DNA of 64,000 bases from the NCBI GenBank assembly GCA_002441285.1, contig DJVR01000028.1:2910-66909 (forward strand). Reading direction: 5' to 3'. A program made the translations under genes and the position numbers. The notes under the pieces were generated by a model, which worked only from the letters and a program-made list of their open reading frames with translations, was not told the origin of the DNA and did no database searches. Source of the DNA: Candidatus Atribacteria bacterium UBA6251 (GTDB lineage: Bacteria; Atribacterota; Phoenicimicrobiia; Phoenicimicrobiales; Phoenicimicrobiaceae). Shown here one piece after another: positions 27,366 to 35,600 of this stretch. Numbering within the stretch: position 1 is the stretch's first letter; the number at the start of each line of letters is the position of its first letter.

Positions 27366-28397
27366 ATGAGTATTTCCATAAAAAAAGTTCCAGTAGAAGA
27401 AGCAGTAGGAATGGTCTTGTGTCACGATATTACTCAGATTATTCCAGGTAAATTTAAAGGCAGAATTTTTAAAAAAGGACATATTATTCGGAAAGAAGAT
27501 ATAGAAACTTTATTAAAATTAGGAAAGGAGCAGGTATTTGTTTGGGAACCACAAAAAGGGATAATACATGAAGATGAAGCGGCCATTCGCATAGCTAAAG
27601 CGGTGGCAGGGGATAATATTACTTACGAAGAACCGCGGGAAGGTAAATCTATCTTAAAAGCAACTAAAAAAGGATTGTTAAAAATTAATTCTTCCCTTCT
27701 TTTTGAGATTAATTCCATTAAAGATGTTTCTATTGCAACTTTACCGCAAAATTTTATCCTGGAAGAGGGTCAGTCTTTTGGTGGGATTCGGATTATTCCT
27801 CTCCTTACCGCAGAAGACAATTTGCGAGAAGTGGAAGATTTATGCCAGAAGAGAGGTAAGGTTTTTGGGGTTAAAGAATATAGAAGATTAAAAACTGCCT
27901 TGATAGTTACTGGGAATGAAGTGTTTAAGAAGAGGATTAAAGATAAATTTACTTCGGTGATTAGAAAAAAGTTAAAATATTTTCCTACTAAGTTTTTAGG
28001 AAGAGTTTTTTGCCCCGATAATAAAGAAGAGATTAAAAAGGCAATTTTATATTTTCAACAGCAAGGAGCAGACTTATTAATCTTAACGGGCGGTATGTCG
28101 GTAGATCCGGATGATTTAACTCCAGGTGCCATTATAGAGAGTGGAGCAAAAGTGATAACCTATGGCATTCCAGTTCAGCCAGGTAATATGTTTATGTTTG
28201 CCTCTTTGAAAGATATGACTTTGTTAGGAATACCTGGTTGTGTGATCTATTATCGGACTACTATTTTAGAGGTAATTTTACCCAGAATTTTTATCGGGGA
28301 TCGTTTAACCAAAAGGGATTTCTTAAAAATGGGAGAAGGTGGATTTTGTCTAACTTGTAAAGTCTGCCATTATCCCAATTGTTTTTTCTGTCGTTAG
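27366..28397 (+). CDS. Molybdopterin-binding (MoCF-biosynthesis/MoeA-MogA-like domain) protein
   Basis: 343 aa. ALIVTGNEV...ADLLILTGGMSVDPDDLTPGAI is the MoCF_biosynth-type motif. The C-terminus is Cys-rich (CLTCKVCHYPNCFFC). Confidence 0.6.
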   Translation: MSISIKKVPVEEAVGMVLCHDITQIIPGKFKGRIFKKGHIIRKEDIETLLKLGKEQVFVWEPQKGIIHEDEAAIRIAKAVAGDNITYEEPREGKSILKATKKGLLKINSSLLFEINSIKDVSIATLPQNFILEEGQSFGGIRIIPLLTAEDNLREVEDLCQKRGKVFGVKEYRRLKTALIVTGNEVFKKRIKDKFTSVIRKKLKYFPTKFLGRVFCPDNKEEIKKAILYFQQQGADLLILTGGMSVDPDDLTPGAIIESGAKVITYGIPVQPGNMFMFASLKDMTLLGIPGCVIYYRTTILEVILPRIFIGDRLTKRDFLKMGEGGFCLTCKVCHYPNCFFCR

Positions 28398-28580
28398 TAT
28401 AATTTTAAAGTTAATAGTAAATAAGGAAGGGATAGCAGATTTAAAAGTAATTTTATCGAAGCGATAAAATTATAAATATTTATCTATTTATTTTTTGTTA
28501 AAGGTAATAATCGATCAAATTTATGATGAATTTGGATAAAGTAAGGATAAAAGAAAAAAAAGGAAGGCAGGATTAAGAAT

Positions 28581-29306
28581 TTGAACTTTTATACAGATAT
28601 AAAAGAAAGATTTTTTAATCTAATAAATGAAAAAGATTTAATCTCTTCCAGGGTAGAAGTAGTAAGGGCTCGACCTTTAAATCCCGGGGAAGTAATCGGA
28701 AGACCCGATAGAAATGATTTTCCTTTATTAAAAGGGAAAGAGGTGATGTTGCAAGCAGATTTTAAGGGGAGTTTAGGTCAGGCTTTTACTGATATGCCGG
28801 GAGATTATAGTGGTTCTTTAAAAGAGATTCTTGCTTTACCTCTAGATAATAATTTTAATCGGGCTATTTTTTTCTCTACTTTAAATGCTGTTCTACGATA
28901 CCTCAAAATTATTTCTAAAACAGTTCACTGCAAAGATAAAGAACCGAGAGAGTGTGCCATTTACCTGGTAAATTATATTAAAGGACAATTTGGCAATCCT
29001 CGGATAGCTTTTATTGGGATGCAGCCAGCTATGGTTGAAGCTTTAGCGGATCATTTTAAAATTAGAGTAACCGATTTAGATCCGGATAATATAGGCCAAA
29101 AAAAGAGTGGAGTTTTAATAGAAGATGCATCTCATACCAGAGAAATATTATCCTGGGCAGATTTGATTTTTGCAACCGGGACTACGGTAATAAATAATAC
29201 TATTACTCAGTTATTAATAGGGAAACCATTAATATTTTACGGGGTAACTATTTCCGGGGTGGCTTATCTTAAGGGATATAAGCAATACTGTTTTTGTGGA
29301 CATTAG
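28581..29306 (+). CDS. DUF364/DUF4213-like Rossmann-type protein (putative metal or cofactor chelation)
   Basis: 241 aa with a TTG start. The layout (N-terminal small domain, then RIAFIGMQPAMVEAL...DLIFATGTTVINNT) matches my recollection of the DUF364 family. The assignment is tentative. Confidence 0.45.
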   Translation: MNFYTDIKERFFNLINEKDLISSRVEVVRARPLNPGEVIGRPDRNDFPLLKGKEVMLQADFKGSLGQAFTDMPGDYSGSLKEILALPLDNNFNRAIFFSTLNAVLRYLKIISKTVHCKDKEPRECAIYLVNYIKGQFGNPRIAFIGMQPAMVEALADHFKIRVTDLDPDNIGQKKSGVLIEDASHTREILSWADLIFATGTTVINNTITQLLIGKPLIFYGVTISGVAYLKGYKQYCFCGH

Positions 29307-29386
29307 AAAGAGAAAAGATTATAAGCTAGAACAATGACTTATGGTTAAGAAAATTTAATAATTCCTAAAATAAGGAGCATTAAGTA

Positions 29387-30397
29387 ATGAATAAAATTTC
29401 TATATTATTTTTAGCAATAGGGTTAATTTTCTTATCTTTTATTAAGGTTACATTAACAGAAACAGTCCCCATTGGCATGGCAGTAGAATTTAATGATCAT
29501 GCTGCCTGTGCCTATATTAGCCAAGAGAAAGGATGGTTTAAAGAAGAAGGACTTATTTTAAGTACTTATGAAAGTTATGAAACCGGAATGGCTTTGGCCT
29601 CAGCTTTAGCTCGAGGAGATATTCAAGTAGCTTATCTCTGCTTAGTTCCTGCCTTGAATGTCTATGCTAATGCTCAAGTCCCCCTGAAGATAGTTATGGG
29701 AACGCATAAATATGGCTATGGTCTGGTGGTTAATCCGAAGAGAGTGAAAACGATTCAAGATTTAGAAAAAACAGATAATCGTATAGGATGTGTTCGAGAG
29801 GGAGGGGCGGCTGATATTTTACTACATAAAATTATAGATAAATTCAATTTAAACCAAGATAGAGTATTAGAAAATATTCAGAGAATGAATCCCTCAAAAC
29901 AGTTATTAGCTTTTACTTTAGGGCAATTAGATGCAGTCATTCTTCCTGAGCATTGGGCTACTATGGCAGAGGCTGTTGGTGGTAGCCAAATGTTATTGAC
30001 CAGTCAGGATATCTGGAAGGAGATGCTAGGGAGTGTTTTAGTGGTCAAAGAAGAACTAATTATTAATCATCCAGAAATAGTAGAAAGTTTAGTAAAAATT
30101 TCGCAGAGAGCTACAGATTGGATTAACCAGTATCCTCAGGAAGCTGCAGAGATTATGGCTCAACAATTACAAATAACTGGAAAAAGTTTCTTACCGATAG
30201 AAATAGCGAATGGTAATACTCCCACTAGAATATCTTCGGAGATTTTATTAAAATCAATGAATAGGATTAAGTATACTACAGAGCTTGAAGTTTCAATAAT
30301 TCAAGAAACGATAGATTATATTACTACTCTGGGTTATATTCGAAATAGTTTTAAAGCAGAGAAGATTTTAGATTTTAGTTTTATTACAGAGAAATGA
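29387..30397 (+). CDS. ABC transporter substrate-binding protein, NMT1/THI5-like (NitT/TauT family)
   Basis: 336 aa. N-terminal signal/anchor, then a periplasmic-binding fold resembling nitrate/sulfonate/bicarbonate-type SBPs. It is followed by the cognate permease and ATPase. Confidence 0.7.
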   Translation: MNKISILFLAIGLIFLSFIKVTLTETVPIGMAVEFNDHAACAYISQEKGWFKEEGLILSTYESYETGMALASALARGDIQVAYLCLVPALNVYANAQVPLKIVMGTHKYGYGLVVNPKRVKTIQDLEKTDNRIGCVREGGAADILLHKIIDKFNLNQDRVLENIQRMNPSKQLLAFTLGQLDAVILPEHWATMAEAVGGSQMLLTSQDIWKEMLGSVLVVKEELIINHPEIVESLVKISQRATDWINQYPQEAAEIMAQQLQITGKSFLPIEIANGNTPTRISSEILLKSMNRIKYTTELEVSIIQETIDYITTLGYIRNSFKAEKILDFSFITEK

Positions 30398-31155
30398 AAA
30401 AAAATAAAAACTTTTATTTATTATGGGAAGTAGTTCCCCTATTAATATTTTTTGGATTATGGGAAGTAACATCTAGAATAAATTTATTCCCAGAAAAAAT
30501 ATTTTTTCCTCCTTTTTCCCAGGTAGTAAGGGAATTCTGGTACTTATCTATTTCTGGAGTATTAGGGCCAAATCTATTAAGTAGTTTAATCAGGGTATTA
30601 ATTGGATTTTTTCTGGGTTCTTTTTCTGGATTATTGATAGGAATTATAATGGGGTGGAATGAAAAGATAGATAAAGCCCTGAGTCCGGTAATAAGTTTAC
30701 TTTACCCTATCCCTGCTTTAGGCTGGTTGCCTTTGTTGATGTTGTGGTTTGGTATAGGAGAGATTTTACCAATATTAATAATATTTATTTGTTCCTTCTT
30801 TCCAATTCTTTATAATACTTTAACCGGAATTAAAAATGTGAATAAGAATTATATTTATGCGGCTAAAATTTTAGGTTCCTCTGATATAAGAATTATTTAT
30901 ACCATAGTACTTCCTCTTGCCTTACCTTATATCTTTACTGGTCTAAAATTGGAAGCTGGAATGGCCTGGAGGGTAATTCTGGCTGCAGAAATGGTAGCTA
31001 TTCCTACTGGAATTGGTGCCTTAATGATGAAAGCAGAAAGCCTGTTGAGAATAGATATTATTATAGTCTGTTTAATCATATTAGGGGTGGTCTGTCTTTC
31101 TTTTGAAAAGATTTTTATTCTATTAGAAAACAAATTCACTGCTAAATGGAGATAG
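30394..31155 (+). CDS. ABC transporter permease (NitT/TauT family)
   Basis: 253 aa, six hydrophobic segments, EAA-like loop AAKILGSSDIRIIYTIVLPLALPYIFTGLK. ATGA overlap with the SBP gene. Confidence 0.8.
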   Translation: MKKNKNFYLLWEVVPLLIFFGLWEVTSRINLFPEKIFFPPFSQVVREFWYLSISGVLGPNLLSSLIRVLIGFFLGSFSGLLIGIIMGWNEKIDKALSPVISLLYPIPALGWLPLLMLWFGIGEILPILIIFICSFFPILYNTLTGIKNVNKNYIYAAKILGSSDIRIIYTIVLPLALPYIFTGLKLEAGMAWRVILAAEMVAIPTGIGALMMKAESLLRIDIIIVCLIILGVVCLSFEKIFILLENKFTAKWR

Positions 31156-31156
31156 T

Positions 31157-32200
31157 ATGGCTTCTATCAGATTAGAAAATGTATCTAAATATGTTTGTAA
31201 AAAAGTGAATCTAGAAGTCAGAGATAGAGAATTAATAGTTTTACTAGGACCAAATGGGGCAGGAAAAACTACCTTACTAAATATTATTGCTGGTTTGGTT
31301 GATTACGAAGGTTCCGTGTTTTTTGACCAGAAAAGAATAGATCAATTTTCGCCTCAACAAAGAAGAGTAGGTTATTTATTTCAGGAAATAAATCTGTTTC
31401 CTCATCTAAAAGTAGTAGATAATATTATTTACAGCTTAAGAGCGCAGCACAGACCCGTTAACGAGATTAAAAAAAGGATGGATGAATTAATTTCTATGAT
31501 GAAATTAGAAAATTTGCTCTACCATTATCCCAAAGAATTGAGTGGGGGAGAGAAACAAAGAGTGGCATTAGCTCGCGCCCTGGCAAATCATCCTCAAATT
31601 TTATTATTAGATGAACCAATGAATAATCTAGATTATCAAACCTCAAAACATTTAAGGATTGAGTTTAAAATGATGCAGAAGAAACTTGGAATTACCACCA
31701 TCTACGTTACTCATAATTTTTACGAAGCACAAGAAATGGCTGATCGAATGGTAATAATTAATCAAGGAAAGATTGAACAAATTGGTTCTTATGAAGAGAT
31801 TTTCTTTCATCCTCAGGGAGCAGTGAACAAATTCATCGGTTCACCCAATGTTTTAGAATGTAATGAGTATAGGGATTTAGGTTTAGGAGTGGGAGAAGTA
31901 AAGTGTGGTGATATTTCTTTATTAGTCTTTGGAGAAGGCAAGAGGATAAGTAAAATTTTAATTTTGCCTGAAGATATTTATTTAACTAACTTTCAGCCCC
32001 CCGGTCCAGATATTAATCGGATAAAGGGAAGATTGAAGAAGATTGAAGAATTATCTTCATCTATGATTTGTTGTACGGTAACTACCCGAGAACTTTCTTT
32101 GAAAGCGAGATTATCCAGAGAGGTTTTTAATAGTATGAGGTTAAAATTAGACGATGAAGTTTGGCTAATCTTAGCCCCCCGAAAGTTAAAATTTTATTAA
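31157..32200 (+). CDS. ABC transporter ATP-binding protein with C-terminal TOBE/Mop-like extension
   Basis: Walker A GPNGAGKTT, signature LSGGEKQRVALARAL, Walker B LLLDEPMNNLD. There is a ~110-aa C-terminal extension of the type seen in molybdate/sulfate/sugar importer ATPases. Confidence 0.8.
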   Translation: MASIRLENVSKYVCKKVNLEVRDRELIVLLGPNGAGKTTLLNIIAGLVDYEGSVFFDQKRIDQFSPQQRRVGYLFQEINLFPHLKVVDNIIYSLRAQHRPVNEIKKRMDELISMMKLENLLYHYPKELSGGEKQRVALARALANHPQILLLDEPMNNLDYQTSKHLRIEFKMMQKKLGITTIYVTHNFYEAQEMADRMVIINQGKIEQIGSYEEIFFHPQGAVNKFIGSPNVLECNEYRDLGLGVGEVKCGDISLLVFGEGKRISKILILPEDIYLTNFQPPGPDINRIKGRLKKIEELSSSMICCTVTTRELSLKARLSREVFNSMRLKLDDEVWLILAPRKLKFY

Positions 32201-32213
32201 GGGCAGATACCTA
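32201..32213 (+). repeat. Left arm of the island-bracketing inverted repeat
   Basis: GGGCAGATACCTA, the exact reverse complement of 38924-38936. Confidence 0.8.
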
Positions 32214-32633
32214 GTTATTAATTTTTCTTCTTGAGCTATCTTTTTGATTTTGGTTAAAAATCGTCTTAAGATGTTATTCCTATCTTTTCTTGAAATCTGT
32301 AAATCTTTCTATAGAATCGTTTTTTTATAGAAATCGACTTTTCTAAGCCTTTACTTAATCCTTACCAGGAGTAATAATACTATAGCTGTTCTGATCATAG
32401 ATAGATTATAAGTCTTTTTGAAGCAGGATCGAGAATGAAAAGTAAATGATTATTACTATTTAAACTATAGATTGTAATTATTTAGAATAATTTTTTTTAC
32501 TACTTATAGTAGCGTTTACTTCCCGAATTTGTTAAAATTAAATTAATTATTAATAAAAAAAATCTTTTAATAATATTCTTAATGAATTTATTTGATAGAA
32601 TATAAAAAATTAATTATTTTATTGTGGTTAATT

Positions 32634-35600
32634 ATGACTAAAGAACAAAAATTTTATAAAGCGCTTCAAGATGTTTTCATCGGCGCCAAGATTGAGGGCA
32701 AAGGCGGTTTTGTTAATTTGATGAGGATTAAATCAAATTACTACCGCAAGATTGAAGATATTCTCAAAAATGACATTGAGACGGCTTTGGAAAGTTATCC
32801 CAAATTTAGGGATGAGCTTTTTGACAAACTATACTCATTTTTTAGCCGATACTTTACGAAAAGCGGCTCAATCTATTTCAATTCAACTCCATTTCATAAT
32901 AATATCTATGAAAAAGTCTATACCGATGATAAAGATGTCATTCTCTTTTGGAAAACGCAGATGCTCTACTATGTCAAAACGGATCGGATTTTCAGGAGTT
33001 TGCCAGTTGAATTCCCCTCTGATAGAGGGGTGGGCGCCGAAGGCGGACGGGGTGTTTTAAAATTTTACTTTGACGCTTCAAAGATAGAAAGCAAAAAAGC
33101 CAATGAAAAACGTTCGCTCGTTTTTGAGTTAAACAAAGTCCTTGAGGACGAAACCATTGTTTTTGGCGTTCAATACTCTGAAAGGGGCACAAAAACAAAG
33201 CAAGACGAGATACTAAAAGCCATAAAGAGAAAAGGCATAGCAATTACCGAAGAACAATTGGAACGCGCTTTTAGAGTCTTTGAAAAGCAAAGTGAGGTGG
33301 ATTTCTTTATCAATAAAAATGCCAAAGCATTCTTACAGGAACAATTTAAACTCTGGAGTTATCAGTATTTTTGGGAGGGAGCCAGAGAATGGGGGGCGGA
33401 TAGAGTCAATCAACTGCAAATTCTTAAAGATATTGCTTTCAAGATTATTGATTTCATCTCTCAGTTTGAGGACGAGCTGGTAAAAATCTGGAACAAGCCG
33501 AAGTTTGTTAAAAATTCAAACTATGTAATTACGCTGGGTAGGATTCTTTCTGCACGTCATTCTGAGCGAAGCGAAGAATCTCTTAAGTTAATTGAAAAAA
33601 TTCTAAAACATAAAAATATCACAGAACAAATTAAAGAATGGCAGGAGCTTGGAATTGTAGATAATGAATTTAAGGTAGAGAATGTTTTTGAAAATTCCCC
33701 TTCTATGAAGGGGTGTCAACCGAAGGTTGACGGGGTAGTGAAATGGAATGAATTACCATTCAATGCTGAACTTAAAGAAAGAGCCAAAGAATTGAGAAAA
33801 GCAGGTAATTTATCAGAAGTTTTATTATGGAACCAGGTCAAAAACAGGCAATTGTTGGGATTAGATTTTGATAGGCAAAAAATTATTGGAAATTACATAG
33901 TTGATTTTTATTGTAAAAACTTAGGGGTTGTTGTTGAAATTGATGGAGTAAGTCATGACGGGAAGGTTGAATATGATTTGGAACGAGATGCTTACTTAAG
34001 GGGATTAGGACTGAAAGTTATTCACATTTCCGATCTAGATGTAAAGAAAAATTTAGAAGGTGTAATTGAATTTCTGAAAGATGAATTAAACACCCCGTCT
34101 GCTAACGCAGACACCCCTCTACAAGAGGGGAATAAACACCCCGTCCCTTTGGGACACCCCTCTATAAGAGGGGAATTTAAGCATCTGCCGATTGATACGA
34201 AGTTTTTCAAGGATTTGGAGCTTGAGATTTTATCTCTTTTCGATGACCTTGATAATTCCTTAGATGGTTGGTTGATAAAGAGTGAAAATTATCAGGCGTT
34301 GAATACAATTCTGCCAAAGTTTAAAGAAAAAGTGCAAACGATATACATTGATCCACCGTTTAATACGGGTGATGATTTTCCTTATATTGATAAGTTCCAA
34401 AATTCTACATGGCTTACCTTGATGGAGAATAGATTAAAATTAGGAAAAGATTTTTTATGTTATAATGGTAGTATAAGTTTGCATTTAGATTCAAATGCAG
34501 ATTATTTTGGCAAAATATTATTAGACGAAACATTCGGGCAAGAATGCTTTAGAGTAAAAATTACATGGAAAAGGCACACAGGTCCTAAAATACAATCTCT
34601 ACACTTTCCTAATATATCCGATTTTATTTTAATTTATTCTAAAATAAACGACAATTGGGTATATAATCCTCAATATTTACCGTATAAAGAGGAGTATCTT
34701 AAGAAAATGTATAAGTACGAAGATGAAAAAGGAAAATACAGAATACATGATTTGTATGCTCCTGGGGAAGGGACAGAAAGAATATTCAAAGGGAAAACAA
34801 TAAAACCACCTAAAGGACATCACTGGAGTTATACACAAGAAAAAATTGATGAAATGATTAAAGAAGGAACAATATTTTTTGATAATAGGGGTTTTCCCAA
34901 ATTAAAAGTTTATTTAGGCAAGGGAGAACAAGTAACTAATATTTGGACAGATATAAATGTCATCCAAGGAAGTTCTATCGAATTCTTAAATTTTGCAACT
35001 CAGAAACCAGAAAAATTTTTATCAAGAGTCATACAATCTACATCTAATGTTGGCGACTTGGTTATGGACTTCTTCCTTGGCTCTGGCACAACCACAGCAG
35101 TAGCGCATAAACTCGGCAGGAAATGGATTGGTATTGAAATGGGAGAGCATTTTTATACAGTGGTTTTACCAAGAATGAAAAAGGTTTTGGCTTATGATAA
35201 ATCTGGTATTTCAAAAGAATTAAAAACGCCCCGTCCTTCGGACACCCCTCTACCAGAGGGGAATTCCCCTTCTATGAAGGGGTGGCAACCGCAGGTTGAC
35301 GGGGTAGTTTATCAAGGCGGTGGATTTTTCAAGTATTACGAACTTGAGCAATATGAAGAAGCGCTGGCAAACTGCAAATACGAAGATGGTGATTTGTTTA
35401 ATTCCCCTTTAATAAAGGGGTGGACTGCTGAAGGCAGGACGGGGTATTGGTCGGGCAGAAGTCCATATCAGGAATATGTCTTTATGAAAGACGAAAAAAT
35501 GTTGAAAACATTGGAGATTGATTATGAAAAAGAAAAGGTCAGAGTTGATTTATCAAGACTCTATCTAAACACCCCGTCTGCTAACGCAGACACCCCTCTA

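Larger units (their letters stand above)
33693..34177 (+). mobile_element. DUF559 (Vsr/restriction-endonuclease-like) domain cassette flanked by inverted copies of the hairpin element, nested in frame in mod
   Basis: 33741-34086 encodes KWNELPFNAELKERAKELRKAGNLSEVLLWNQVKNRQLLGLDFDRQKIIGNYIVDFYCKNLGVVVEIDGVSHDGKVEYDLERDAYLRGLGLKVIHISDLDV, the DUF559 pattern (LW..L....L.G..FRRQ..IG.YI.DF.C....L.IE.DG..H......D..R...L...G..V.R). It is bounded on the left by forward copy 2 and on the right by inverted copies 3 and 4. Confidence 0.7.

Noticed and set aside
27281-29386. A Moco/Wco riboswitch in the leaders of the molybdopterin-binding, DUF364-like or ABC transporter genes.
   Set aside because: I could not find the conserved GC-rich Moco motif blocks by eye, and the spacers are AT-rich. 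There is only a simple 11-bp hairpin at 28448-28472. A covariance-model scan would be needed to be sure.
32592-32633. The TTG at 32592 as the mod start (as in the ORF track).
   Set aside because: The extra 14 codons (MIEYKKLIILLWLI) look like translated AT-rich spacer. ATG 32634 gives the N-terminus MTKEQKFYKAL..., which reads like the real protein.
33693-34177. Whether the DUF559 insertion in mod is an intein or a self-splicing intron with a homing endonuclease.
   Set aside because: There are no intein splice-junction residues or blocks, and DUF559 is not a LAGLIDADG/HNH/GIY-YIG homing-endonuclease family. The frame is continuous, and I see no extended group I or II intron-like structure. 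The flanks are short inverted hairpin repeats.
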